Sequence record: SRR22947725_654
DNA: 20,000 bases
Reading direction: 5' to 3' (one strand)
Both the position numbers and the translations under genes were made by a program. Below are positions 1-9,270 of the stretch, piece by piece. The notes under the pieces were generated by a model. That model ran no database searches and was not told the origin of the DNA. It was given only the letters and a program-made list of their open reading frames with translations. Within the stretch, counting starts at the first letter, position 1; each line of letters starts with the position of its first letter.

Positions 1-375
1 TTAATTGTTAGAGGAAAGGGTGGGTCAGAAACTTTAAAAAATTATTTGATTGCATCTAATCAAGTAGATTATCTAGAAGTTTATGAGAGAATTCCATGCA
101 AGCTGAGCAAAATCCATAAAGAGTCTTTAGTATCATTTGTGAGTCACCCTGATGGAGTATTAATGGCAACTAGTAATGAGAGTCTAGTCAATATCATTCA
201 GCTAGTTTCGAGTGCTTCTCCAAACTATTTTGAAATTTTAAAGTCAAGAAGAATGATTGTTTTTAGTGAAAGAATTAAATCCACAGCAAAAAAACTAGGA
301 TTTAAAAAAATTGAAGTTACGCAAAACCCCTCTGATGAAGATTTTGCTGACATTTTATTTAATAAAAAGTTATAA
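1..375 (+). CDS. hemD: Uroporphyrinogen-III synthase, 5'-truncated by the window edge
   Basis: The frame is open from base 1: LIVRGKGGSETLKNYL...VDYLEVYER...ATSNESL...IVFSERIKSTAKKLGF. This matches the HemD C-terminal half (LIxRGxGG, EVYxR, TSxE, VxSxR..A..LGF). The track start at 46 is an internal TTG. Confidence 0.85.
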   Translation, partial: LIVRGKGGSETLKNYLIASNQVDYLEVYERIPCKLSKIHKESLVSFVSHPDGVLMATSNESLVNIIQLVSSASPNYFEILKSRRMIVFSERIKSTAKKLGFKKIEVTQNPSDEDFADILFNKKL

Positions 376-434
376 AAAAATGCACAAATATAAATTGTTT
401 GGGTAACATACATAAAACTATATCAGGAGTTCAG

Positions 435-884
435 GTGATTAGATTTGGAATTTCATGGGTGGCACGTCTGCTGGGAGTTAGTGGCTTCACCGTTCAACAA
501 CCCACAACCCGCGGCTCTCTTCAAGATCTAAATATTTCTGAACGAATCATCCCCTTCAATCCAAGTAACTTAGCTTTAGACGAATCTCATTTGAAAAGTG
601 ATTCTGAAGCTACAAAGCATTTGAAACGGTTTCAAGAAACTCAGGTGAAGTTGAAAAGAGATTCGGATTTAATAGACGCTAGTAATGATCAAGATTTAGT
701 TTCTGTAATTGCTACTTTGAAATCTAAGTTATATCAAGAGTCAATCAAAAGTAAGCACTATACAAATGCCTTTAATGAGCTCAATGAAAGACTAATTGAG
801 CTTGAAAAGATTGTGCAGCCAGAAAAGAAAACAGATTTTCAAAAACTGCAGGGTTGGGTTCACTCAAAAAGGCATTTCCACTAA
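435..884 (+). CDS. Hypothetical protein (~149 aa) with a predicted C-terminal coiled coil
   Basis: This long ORF fills the gap between hemD and infA. The in-frame GTG at 435 has AGGAG at 425-429, so it is a better start than the TTG at 399. I recognise no family. Confidence 0.7.
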   Translation: MIRFGISWVARLLGVSGFTVQQPTTRGSLQDLNISERIIPFNPSNLALDESHLKSDSEATKHLKRFQETQVKLKRDSDLIDASNDQDLVSVIATLKSKLYQESIKSKHYTNAFNELNERLIELEKIVQPEKKTDFQKLQGWVHSKRHFH

Positions 885-976
885 TCTTTCATTCTTAAGT
901 TTTTCTTTCTACCCATAAAATACTTCAATTCAGTTTGAATTTTTTTATGAACGCATACCTAATATCAATATTACAA

Positions 977-1005
977 TTGGCGTCAAATAACTAATTAGGT
1001 ATAAT
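977..1005 (+). promoter_or_regulatory. Sigma70-type promoter for infA-tRNA-Leu
   Basis: TTGGCG (977-982), a 17-bp spacer and a perfect TATAAT (1000-1005), ending 28 nt before the infA ATG. Confidence 0.7.
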
Positions 1006-1033
1006 ATTACTTGGTTTTTTAATTAATATAAAT

Positions 1034-1252
1034 ATGTCAAAAAGTGATTACATTGAGTTAGAGGGTGTCGTAAAGGAAAAGTTACCCAACACAACTTTTA
1101 AAGTTGAGTTGGAAAATGGCCATAGCGTTCTTGCTCATATCTCAGGAAAGATTCGTAAACACTATATACGCATATTACCTGGCGATAAGGTAACTGTCGA
1201 AATGACTCCTTATGATTTGACCAAAGGTAGAATTACTTTCAGACATAAATAA
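1034..1252 (+). CDS. infA: Translation initiation factor IF-1
   Basis: 72 aa, [11 protein letters not shown]...[53 protein letters not shown], which is canonical IF-1. Confidence 0.99.
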   Translation: MSKSDYIELEGVVKEKLPNTTFKVELENGHSVLAHISGKIRKHYIRILPGDKVTVEMTPYDLTKGRITFRHK

Positions 1253-1261
1253 ACTTGATAA

Positions 1262-1348
1262 GCCAGTGTGGTGGAATTGGTAGACACGCCGGATTCAAAA
1301 TCCGGTTCCTTCACGGGAGTGACGGTTCGAGCCCGTCCACTGGTACCA
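1262..1348 (+). tRNA. tRNA-Leu (anticodon CAA)
   Basis: Acceptor stem GCCAGTG/CACTGGT, D-arm with TGGAATTGGTAGAC, anticodon arm CCGGA-TTCAAAA-TCCGG (CAA at 1296-1298), long variable arm, T-arm GACGG-TTCGAGC-CCGTC, and an encoded ACCA 3' end. Confidence 0.98.
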
Positions 1349-1359
1349 ACTGTGAATTA

Positions 1360-1388
1360 TTGAGTAATTCATATATAAAATATAAAAT
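1360..1388 (+). promoter_or_regulatory. Putative sigma70 promoter of oadGAB
   Basis: TTGAGT (1360-1365), a 17-bp spacer and TAAAAT (1383-1388), with an AGGA SD upstream of the oadG ATG. The AT-rich context lowers certainty. Confidence 0.45.
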
Positions 1389-1414
1389 TAACGTTCTTTC
1401 ACTAGGATTTTAAA

Positions 1415-1648
1415 ATGGATAACAACCTGCTAAGTGATGCAATAACTTTGACCATGTTTGGTATGGGATTTGTTTTTGTATTTTTAGCATTGATGGTTGT
1501 TGTTACAAACCTAATGTCAAAGTTCGTAACAAAAATTCAGCCTTCAATGAATGTTTCTGCATCGATGAGCTCTGAATCTTCGATGGAAATTGATGAAAAG
1601 ACAAGAGCTATTATAGAGGCAGCAATAAAAATGCATATACAGAGATAA
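1415..1648 (+). CDS. oadG: Oxaloacetate decarboxylase gamma subunit
   Basis: Single N-terminal TM helix (LTMFGMGFVFVFLALMVVV), a linker and a C-terminal AIIEAAIKMH. It lies immediately upstream of oadA. Confidence 0.92.
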   Translation: MDNNLLSDAITLTMFGMGFVFVFLALMVVVTNLMSKFVTKIQPSMNVSASMSSESSMEIDEKTRAIIEAAIKMHIQR

Positions 1649-1651
1649 ATC

Positions 1652-3451
1652 ATGTCAACAAAAGAAAATAATAAACCTGTTCAAATTACTGAGTTAGTGC
1701 TTCGAGATGGACACCAGTCACTCTTTGCAACAAGAATGCGAATTGATGATATGCTCCCTATAGCGGAAAAATTAGATCAGATTGGCTACTGGTCAATGGA
1801 ATCTTGGGGCGGGGCAACTTTTGATGCTTGTATTCGTTTTCTTGGAGAAGATCCATGGGAAAGAATTCGTGAAATCAAAAAAGTTATGCCTAATACGCCT
1901 CAGCAGATGCTTCTCAGAGCTCAAAATTTGCTTGGTTACAGACATTACAGTGATGATGTGGTTAGAAAGTTTGTTGATCGTTGTGCAGAGAACGGGGTTG
2001 GCGTATTAAGAATATTTGATGCAATGAATGATACGCGCAATCTTAAGACTGCCATTGATCAAACGGTCAAGACAGGGGCGCATGCTCAAGGAACAATATC
2101 CTATACAGTCAGTCCTGTTCATACTACTGAGCTTTGGATTGATATGGCAAAAGAAATCGAAGAAATGGGTGCCCATTCTTTGTGTATCAAAGATATGGCT
2201 GGCTTGCTTCAGCCTTATGTTGCTTTTGATCTTGTTAAAAAGTTAAAAAAAGCTATTGATATTCCTATTCAGCTTCATGCACATGCAACTACAGGGCTTT
2301 CTACTGCATGTATTATTAAGGCTGTTGAGGCTGGTATTGACCGAGTAGATACGTGTATTGGGTCAATGAGCATGACTTATAGTCACTCTGCGACAAATTC
2401 TGTAGTCTCAATCCTTGAGGCGAGCCCAAGAAAAACTGGCTTAGATTTAAATAAACTTGAGGAAATTGATCAGTACTTTAAGCCAATAAGATCCAAGTAC
2501 GCAAAGTTTGAAGGCTCTCTTAAGGGTGTTGACTCAAGAATTTTGACATCTCAGGTGCCCGGTGGAATGCTCACCAATATGGAAGGTCAACTAAAAGAAC
2601 AAAATGCACTAGATAAGATGGATGAGGTTCTATTAGAAATTCCACTTGTCAGAAAAGATCTAGGATATATTCCACTTGTCACTCCAACTTCACAAATCGT
2701 AGGCACTCAATCAGTGCTTAATGTCCTGACAGGAGAGAGATATAAGACAATTACTAAAGAGTCGGCAGGCATATTGAAAGGTGAGTATGGATCAGCTCCA
2801 GCGCCTGTTAATAAAGAATTACAAGAAAGAGTATTGGAGGGTTCGAAGGCTATTACATGCCGACCAGCAGATAATATTGAGCCTGAGCTAGGCGTTTTAG
2901 AGTCTGAGTTTGATAAAATTGTTTCTGAGAAGGGCATCAGGGTTGCTGATCAGAAAATTGATGATTTAATGACTTACGCACTTTTCCCACAAGTTGGAAT
3001 AAAATTTTTAGAGAATAGAGACAATCCAGACTTTTTTGAACCAGTCCCTGTTGCTGAAACTGAATCCTCAAAAGATCAAAAAGATGAGGGAGTCTATACT
3101 GTTTCATTTAAAGGACAGTCTTATACTGTTAATGTATCTGCTGGAGGAACTATAACTTCAATGGGGTCCTCTTCAGATCAATCTACTCAGAGTTCTGAAA
3201 CTTTAGATGACGAATCAAAAGCTCCACTTGTAAATGGAAAAGAAGATATTTCTGCGCCACTTTCAGGAACCATATGGAAGACTCTTGTCACTCCAAACCA
3301 GAGTGTTAAGAAAGGTGATACCTTAATTGTTTTAGAGGCCATGAAGATGGAAACTGAAATAAAAGCAACGTGTTCAGGTGTTGTGGTTAGTGTTGATGTC
3401 AAAGAGGGCGACTCAGTTACTGTTGGCCAACTTCTTCTTTCTTTGGGTTAG
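1652..3451 (+). CDS. oadA: Na+-transporting oxaloacetate decarboxylase alpha subunit
   Basis: Carboxyltransferase motifs [34 protein letters not shown] and [10 protein letters not shown], plus a C-terminal biotinyl domain with EAMKM. It is flanked by oadG and oadB. Confidence 0.97.
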   Translation: MSTKENNKPVQITELVLRDGHQSLFATRMRIDDMLPIAEKLDQIGYWSMESWGGATFDACIRFLGEDPWERIREIKKVMPNTPQQMLLRAQNLLGYRHYSDDVVRKFVDRCAENGVGVLRIFDAMNDTRNLKTAIDQTVKTGAHAQGTISYTVSPVHTTELWIDMAKEIEEMGAHSLCIKDMAGLLQPYVAFDLVKKLKKAIDIPIQLHAHATTGLSTACIIKAVEAGIDRVDTCIGSMSMTYSHSATNSVVSILEASPRKTGLDLNKLEEIDQYFKPIRSKYAKFEGSLKGVDSRILTSQVPGGMLTNMEGQLKEQNALDKMDEVLLEIPLVRKDLGYIPLVTPTSQIVGTQSVLNVLTGERYKTITKESAGILKGEYGSAPAPVNKELQERVLEGSKAITCRPADNIEPELGVLESEFDKIVSEKGIRVADQKIDDLMTYALFPQVGIKFLENRDNPDFFEPVPVAETESSKDQKDEGVYTVSFKGQSYTVNVSAGGTITSMGSSSDQSTQSSETLDDESKAPLVNGKEDISAPLSGTIWKTLVTPNQSVKKGDTLIVLEAMKMETEIKATCSGVVVSVDVKEGDSVTVGQLLLSLG

Positions 3452-3453
3452 AT

Positions 3454-4584
3454 ATGGATCAATTCAGTTTGCTTTGGACAAATACAGGGCTTTATCAGAT
3501 GAGCTGGGGGCAAGGCTTAATGCTTCTAGTTGGCATCTTGTTGATTTACTTAGCCATTGTAAAAAAGTTTGAGCCACTTTTACTTCTTCCAATCGGTTTT
3601 GGTGCACTACTAAGTAATATTCCAGGGGCCAACTTGGCTGTAGATGGCGGTATATTGCATCTTTTTTACATGGTTGGAATTGAGTCAGGCGCTTTTCCAC
3701 TAATTATTTTTATGGGTGTTGGCGCAATGACAGACTTTGGCCCACTCCTTGCAAATCCAAAAACATTACTTCTAGGAGCCGCAGCTCAGTTTGGTATTTT
3801 TGCTACTTTGTTAGGTGCTGTTGGATTATCAGTTATTGGTATTTTTGACTTTAATTTAAAGCAAGCTGCCGCCATTGGAATTATTGGCGGTGCAGATGGC
3901 CCGACCTCAATTTACGTGGCATCCATACTGGCACCAGAGCTACTGGGTGCTATTGCTGTGGCATCATATTCATATATGGCACTCGTACCGTTGATTCAGC
4001 CACCCATTATGAGAGCGTTTACAAATGAAAATGAAAGAAAAATTAAAATGGTGCAGTTAAGGGAGGTTTCTAAGGCTGAAAAAATAGTTTTTCCAATTAT
4101 CCTTCTTTTATTAGTTGCTCTTCTTTTGCCAGCAGCAGCTCCTCTTTTGGGAATGTTTGCCTTCGGTAATTTAATGAAGGAGTCTGGCGTTGTTGATCGT
4201 CTTAGTGATACAACTCAGAACGCTATGATTAATATTGTGACTATATTTCTGGGTCTTGCAGTAGGTTCTAAACTGATGGCGGACAAATTTCTTCAATTAG
4301 ATACATTGGGTATTTTGTTGTTAGGGTTGGTTGCATTCTCAATAGGAACAATGTGCGGCTTATTAATGGCAAAACTAATGAATGTCTTTAGTAAAAATAA
4401 AATTAATCCTTTGATTGGGTCCGCTGGCGTTTCTGCAGTTCCAATGGCCGCTAGAGTCTCTAACAAAGTTGGCCTAGAGTCTGACTCAAATAACTTTTTA
4501 CTGATGCACGCAATGGGTCCAAACGTTGCAGGCGTAATTGGCTCAGCAATTGCAGCTGGAATAATGATTCAGTTTTTAGCCTAG
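3454..4584 (+). CDS. oadB: Na+-transporting decarboxylase beta subunit
   Basis: Polytopic membrane protein with [42 protein letters not shown] and [14 protein letters not shown]. Confidence 0.97.
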   Translation: MDQFSLLWTNTGLYQMSWGQGLMLLVGILLIYLAIVKKFEPLLLLPIGFGALLSNIPGANLAVDGGILHLFYMVGIESGAFPLIIFMGVGAMTDFGPLLANPKTLLLGAAAQFGIFATLLGAVGLSVIGIFDFNLKQAAAIGIIGGADGPTSIYVASILAPELLGAIAVASYSYMALVPLIQPPIMRAFTNENERKIKMVQLREVSKAEKIVFPIILLLLVALLLPAAAPLLGMFAFGNLMKESGVVDRLSDTTQNAMINIVTIFLGLAVGSKLMADKFLQLDTLGILLLGLVAFSIGTMCGLLMAKLMNVFSKNKINPLIGSAGVSAVPMAARVSNKVGLESDSNNFLLMHAMGPNVAGVIGSAIAAGIMIQFLA

Positions 4585-4615
4585 TTCGATAAGTTTTTTT
4601 ACTTTCCCGTTATAC

Positions 4616-5287
4616 TTAAATAAGCCTTTGATTACTTAACTCTAGCTTTCTGTCCATCATATTGGCGATACTCAAATCATGCGTGACAATCAAAAGCGCA
4701 GTTCTTTTGCTATCGTTAAGCTCAATAATTAAATCTAAAACATCCTTGGCATTCTTTGCATCCAGGTTCCCAGTAGGCTCATCCGCCAATAGACAGACAG
4801 GCTCTGAAATCATAGCCCTTGCAATAGCCACCCTTTGTCTTTCTCCTCCTGATAACTGAGACGGTTTATGCTTTAGGCGTTTTTCAAGCCCAACTTTCTT
4901 TAATATATCTTCAGCTAATTTAACTGCTTCTCTCTTGTCAATACCTTTAATCAATAAAGGTAAGGAGACATTATAGAGTGAGGAGAAATCATTTAGTAAA
5001 TGATGAAATTGATAAACAAAGCCTAAATTCTTAGAGCGCAACTCTGTTCTATCTTTTTCATTTAGCTTCGCTATATTTGAGTTGTTAATCAATACATCAC
5101 CTGTGGATGATTTATCTAATCCAGCAATCAAATTAAGTAGTGTAGATTTCCCGCATCCTGACTGACCAATAATTGCAACCTTTTCACCCGGTTTAACCTC
5201 AAAATTTAAGTTATCTAATACCGTAGTTTTGTTTTCACCCTCGGAATACGAGAAGCATAAAGATCGACATTCAATAATGTTACTCAT
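4616..5287 (-). CDS. lolD: Lipoprotein-releasing ABC transporter ATP-binding protein
   Basis: Walker A GQSGCGKS, the LolD-specific LGFVYQFHHLL, signature LSGGERQR and Walker B LLADEPTGNLD. It overlaps the stop of the permease gene. Confidence 0.95.
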   Translation of the reverse strand: MSNIIECRSLCFSYSEGENKTTVLDNLNFEVKPGEKVAIIGQSGCGKSTLLNLIAGLDKSSTGDVLINNSNIAKLNEKDRTELRSKNLGFVYQFHHLLNDFSSLYNVSLPLLIKGIDKREAVKLAEDILKKVGLEKRLKHKPSQLSGGERQRVAIARAMISEPVCLLADEPTGNLDAKNAKDVLDLIIELNDSKRTALLIVTHDLSIANMMDRKLELSNQRLI

Positions 5288-6515
5288 GTCTTAGCACCTC
5301 AGAAATGTTTACTTTTCCAGCTCGTCTGGCAGGATAGATTGATGCAAGAATAACTAATATAAATGCCCCAAAGACTATACTCAAGACATCACTCAGAAGA
5401 ATTTTGGATGGAAATCGATTAATATAAAAGACATCCTTAGGAAAAAATTGAAACCCAATAATGCTCTCAATTCCAGAGATAACTGATTCAATATTTAGAG
5501 CCAAAAGTAACCCAAGACCTGTGCCGACTGTAATTCCAATCAGGCCAATGCTTATACCCTGATAAAAAAATATTTTCACAATGCGTTTTGGTGTCATTCC
5601 AATAGTCCTTAGAATGGCAATATCCGATTTTTTGTCGGTAACAACCATAACCATCATAGAGACAATATTAAATGCTGCTACAGCAATGATCAGAGAGAGA
5701 ATAATTGCAATCATTTGCTTTTCTAAGTTTAATGCCCTAATAAAGTGTTTTTGTTGCTGCATCCAGTCAACACCATAGTATCCATCTCCTAATGAGCCAA
5801 CAACCTTATCTGTAATTGCATTTGCCTCAAATAAATCATTAACCTTGAGACGTATGCCAGAAACTTTATTGCCTAAGCCAAAAAGATCTTGAGCATCATA
5901 AAGATGAATAAATGCTAAACCGTTATTGTAGTCATTTAATCCAGCATTAAAAATACCACTAACACTAAATGTTTGAGAAATTGGAACAAGGGTACCAAGG
6001 GAGTTTCTAGCAGGCGCAATAAGGGTAATCTTATCACCAATACCAGTTCCCATGAGTGTTGCTAAACCAACACCCAGCAAAACTGAGGTCTCGTCTTCAT
6101 TTAAACTAAGAGAGCCATATTTAATGTCATCTAGAAGAGCAGAGGTGGAGGGCTCTTGATCTATAAGTATTCCTCTAATGCTGACACCCTGTGAAGCACT
6201 TTTTGAGGTCATTAGAGCAAACTCTTCTACAAAGGGAGACGATGCTAAAACACTATCCTGGGAGTCAATCTTTTTTTGGAGATCACCCCAATTTTCAAGA
6301 GTATCATCTGAGCCTGTAATATAAGAATGAGAGATGGTATTTAAAACCCTGTTGGTTAATTCTTCATGGAAACCATTCATTACAGACATGACAGTAATTA
6401 AAGACATAACAGCTAAGATTAGGCCAACCATTGAAACACCAGAAATAAAAGAAACAAAGCCCTTTTTTCTGCTTGATCGCAAATATTTGTTAGAAATATG
6501 AAATTCAACACTCAT
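5280..6515 (-). CDS. lolE: Lipoprotein-releasing ABC transporter permease (LolC/E family)
   Basis: FVSFIS...ITVMSVMNGF, AAFNIVS, DIAILRTIG and SIYPARRA motifs in a four-TM MacB/LolC layout. LolC and LolE cannot be distinguished by eye. Confidence 0.93.
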   Translation of the reverse strand: MSVEFHISNKYLRSSRKKGFVSFISGVSMVGLILAVMSLITVMSVMNGFHEELTNRVLNTISHSYITGSDDTLENWGDLQKKIDSQDSVLASSPFVEEFALMTSKSASQGVSIRGILIDQEPSTSALLDDIKYGSLSLNEDETSVLLGVGLATLMGTGIGDKITLIAPARNSLGTLVPISQTFSVSGIFNAGLNDYNNGLAFIHLYDAQDLFGLGNKVSGIRLKVNDLFEANAITDKVVGSLGDGYYGVDWMQQQKHFIRALNLEKQMIAIILSLIIAVAAFNIVSMMVMVVTDKKSDIAILRTIGMTPKRIVKIFFYQGISIGLIGITVGTGLGLLLALNIESVISGIESIIGFQFFPKDVFYINRFPSKILLSDVLSIVFGAFILVILASIYPARRAGKVNISEVLRHE

Positions 6516-6567
6516 GATCGGAATATTTTGTCATAATAAATGTTTTAAAGGTAATTAAAGTTATCAA

Positions 6568-7536
6568 ATGTTAAGTAATCAAAGTTTTATAAACCATAAT
6601 AAGTTTGGCTTGATTAACTTTATGCTTCTTCCTTTTTCTGCTATTTTTTTTATTTTGTCATCCATTCGATTATGGCTTTATAAGCTCAGAATTCTAAAAA
6701 TAAATGATTCATCTTTGCCAGTCATAGTGGTAGGAAATATAACAGTAGGCGGAACAGGAAAAACGCCGATTGTCATTTCTATTGTCAATTATTTAGAGTC
6801 TCAGAATAAAAAAGTAGGGGTTGTTTCAAGAGGCTATGGCGGCAAATATTTCCAAGATTCTGTAGAGGTTAGCATGACCAGTGACCCAATACAATGTGGA
6901 GATGAGCCTTTATTGATTAAACAACAGACCGAAGTACCAGTTGTAGTAGCAAAAAAAAGAACAAAAGCAATTGAGTTTTTAATTAAAAAGTATTCATTGG
7001 ATGTTATTGTCAGTGATGATGGCCTTCAGCACTATTCTATGGGTCGTGATATTGAAATTGCCGTGATAGATGGCCATAGTCGTTTGGGTAATGGTTTTTT
7101 CCTACCAGCTGGGCCCCTTAGAGAAGCTAAAAGTAGACTCAAATCAGTCGATTTCATCATTAATAATGGCTCTCATTTCGAGGGTGAAGTTTCAAGTGAA
7201 ATTGAACCGCATGAATATATAAATTTACTTACTAATGAAGTTAAGGGGCTTGAGTATTTCAAAGAAAAAAAATGTTACGCAGTAGCTGGAATTAGTAAGC
7301 CAGATAATTTCTTTTTTATACTTCAGAAAAATGGAGTCAAATTGATCCCCAAACCCTTCCCAGACCATTACGCTTTTTCTGAAAAGGATCTGGCTTTTAA
7401 CGAAAATCATCCTATCATAATGACCTCAAAGGATTGTGTAAAATGTGTTTCATTTGCAACTGAACAAATGTGGTATTTGTCTGTAAGTGCAAAAATTAAT
7501 TCTAATTTTTATCAGCAATTGGAGTCTAAGTTTTGA
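6568..7536 (+). CDS. lpxK: Tetraacyldisaccharide 4'-kinase
   Basis: PVIVVGNITVGGTGKTP, SRGYGG, GDEPLL, DDGLQHY, LPAGPLRE and FPDHY motifs. Confidence 0.97.
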   Translation: MLSNQSFINHNKFGLINFMLLPFSAIFFILSSIRLWLYKLRILKINDSSLPVIVVGNITVGGTGKTPIVISIVNYLESQNKKVGVVSRGYGGKYFQDSVEVSMTSDPIQCGDEPLLIKQQTEVPVVVAKKRTKAIEFLIKKYSLDVIVSDDGLQHYSMGRDIEIAVIDGHSRLGNGFFLPAGPLREAKSRLKSVDFIINNGSHFEGEVSSEIEPHEYINLLTNEVKGLEYFKEKKCYAVAGISKPDNFFFILQKNGVKLIPKPFPDHYAFSEKDLAFNENHPIIMTSKDCVKCVSFATEQMWYLSVSAKINSNFYQQLESKF

Positions 7537-7703
7537 TTGATAATGATTTGTTAAAAATGTTGGTTTGTCCGCAAAGTAAAGCGCCTTTAAGATTTGAGGA
7601 GGGTGAGTTAGTATGCGAAAAGAGTGGACTGGCTTATCCAATTATTGATGGCATTCCGATACTTCTTGTAGAGGAAGCCAGAAAAATAGACTCTAAAAAA
7701 TAA
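7533..7703 (+). CDS. ycaR: Trm112/YcaR family protein (56 aa), absent from the ORF track
   Basis: Hand translation from TTG 7533 gives MIDNDLLKMLVCPQSKAPLRFEEGELVCEKSGLAYPIIDGIPILLVEEARKIDSKK*, with the LVCP...LAYPI.DGIP.LL..EAR motif. There is a GGAG SD at 7521-7524. It overlaps the lpxK stop and the kdsB start, in the conserved lpxK-ycaR-kdsB order. Confidence 0.95.
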   Translation: MIDNDLLKMLVCPQSKAPLRFEEGELVCEKSGLAYPIIDGIPILLVEEARKIDSKK

Positions 7704-8440
7704 TGGGCTTTTCCGTTATTATTCCTGCCAGGTATGCATCAAGTCGCCTTCCAGCAAAGATGCTAAAAGAGATTAATGGAAAATCGCTTATAGAGCATAC
7801 TTATTCTAATGCAATTAAAAGTAATGCGAGTCGTGTCATTATTGCTACTGATGATGAAAGAATAAAAACTGTTGCAGAAGGTTTTGGAGCAGAAGTCTGC
7901 ATGACAAATGATAGCCATACTTCAGGAACTTCCAGGATAGCTGAGGCTGTATCGTTTTTAAACTTCCAGAATGATGATGTGATTGTTAATTTGCAAGGTG
8001 ATGAGCCTATGATGAGTCCAAGTGCAATCAACCAGGTAGCATCAAATCTGGTTAGTTCTGGAATGAGCGTTGCTACTTTGTGCGAAGCAATTGATACTGT
8101 GGATGCATACTTTGATGAGAATTGTGTGAAAGTTGTATATAATTCGCGCGGTAGAGCAATGTATTTTTCTAGATCTCCGGTACCTGCTTTCAGGGATGGC
8201 GAAAACATTAATTTAGATTTATGTTTTAGGCATATCGGTTTATACGCCTATCGAGTAAATTTTTTGAAAAATTACAGTAATATGCCTATATCAAGACTAG
8301 AGACGGCTGAAAAATTGGAGCAACTTACTTTCCTGATGGAGGGCTTTGATATACATGTTGACGTTTCGTTTGCTTCAACTGGATATGGTGTTGACACAGA
8401 AAGTGATTTAATAAAAGTTAAAAAGGAATTAAAAAAATGA
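7703..8440 (+). CDS. kdsB: 3-deoxy-manno-octulosonate cytidylyltransferase (CMP-Kdo synthetase)
   Basis: IIPARYASSRLPAK, VIIATDDERI, SGTSRIAE, VNLQGDEP, AMYFSRSPVP, HIGLYAY and EKLEQL motifs. Confidence 0.97.
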   Translation: MGFSVIIPARYASSRLPAKMLKEINGKSLIEHTYSNAIKSNASRVIIATDDERIKTVAEGFGAEVCMTNDSHTSGTSRIAEAVSFLNFQNDDVIVNLQGDEPMMSPSAINQVASNLVSSGMSVATLCEAIDTVDAYFDENCVKVVYNSRGRAMYFSRSPVPAFRDGENINLDLCFRHIGLYAYRVNFLKNYSNMPISRLETAEKLEQLTFLMEGFDIHVDVSFASTGYGVDTESDLIKVKKELKK

Positions 8441-9270
8441 ATATTATTGATGGTAAAGAGATTGCAAAAAACTTACGTCTAAAGATCGCTGACGAGGTTA
8501 GAGCTCTTGAGCGTCCCCCGGGACTTGCGGTCATCCTGGTAGGTGAAGATCCAGCTTCAGCTGTCTATGTTAGGAATAAAGAGCTGGCGTGTAAACAGGC
8601 AGGATTCTTTTCAGATAAAATTATAAAATCAGAGAACATTACTGAAGAGCAGTTATTAGAGGAAGTAGAGCGCCTTAATAATAATCCTCATATTGACGGT
8701 ATTCTTGTGCAGCTCCCGTTGCCAAGTCATATTAATGCAAATAAGGTGATCGAGCATATCTCCCCCTATAAGGATGTAGATGGCTTTCATAGTGAGAATA
8801 TTGGAAAATTAATGCAGAATAAGTCTCACTTAAGACCCTGTACGCCAAAGGGCGTGATGACCATGCTTGATTCAGTTAATTGCAAAGTTGAAGGAATGAA
8901 TTGTGTTGTTATTGGTGCCTCAAATATTGTAGGAAGGCCAATGGCTATGGAGCTTCTCAATGCAAGAGGCACGGTCACAATATGTAATAGTAAAACTAAA
9001 GATCTGGCTGATAAGGTGAGACAAGCAGATATTGTTGTTGTGGGTGTTGGTAGGCCTCAAATGGTCAAAGGGGATTGGATTAAAGAGGGCGCAATTGTAA
9101 TTGATATTGGAATTAATAGACTGGAAGATGGGTCACTGGTAGGAGATGCAGATTTTGATGCAATTAAAGATATTGCTGGAGGAATAACCCCTGTTCCTGG
9201 CGGTGTAGGTCCAATGACTATAGCAACTCTTCTTGAAAATACTTTAATCGCCTACAAGCAAAATTTATGA
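8437..9270 (+). CDS. folD: Bifunctional methylenetetrahydrofolate dehydrogenase/cyclohydrolase
   Basis: PGLAVILVGEDPASAVYVRNK, GILVQLPLP, KDVDGFH, PCTPKG, GASNIVGRP and ITPVPGGVGPMT motifs. Confidence 0.98.
   Translation: MNIIDGKEIAKNLRLKIADEVRALERPPGLAVILVGEDPASAVYVRNKELACKQAGFFSDKIIKSENITEEQLLEEVERLNNNPHIDGILVQLPLPSHINANKVIEHISPYKDVDGFHSENIGKLMQNKSHLRPCTPKGVMTMLDSVNCKVEGMNCVVIGASNIVGRPMAMELLNARGTVTICNSKTKDLADKVRQADIVVVGVGRPQMVKGDWIKEGAIVIDIGINRLEDGSLVGDADFDAIKDIAGGITPVPGGVGPMTIATLLENTLIAYKQNL

Noticed and set aside
399..884. ORF after hemD as hemX
   Set aside because: It is too short, lacks the N-terminal TM helix and HemX motifs, and no hemY follows.
2637..2680. Direct repeat ATTCCACTTGTCA occurring twice about 30 nt apart in oadA
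   Set aside because: It encodes IPLV twice within a conserved protein region ([17 protein letters not shown]). With only two copies it is not a CRISPR array or a mobile-element repeat.
1262..4615. oadGAB as an island integrated at tRNA-Leu
   Set aside because: I found no integrase, no duplicated tRNA 3' end, and no obvious compositional difference from the housekeeping genes.
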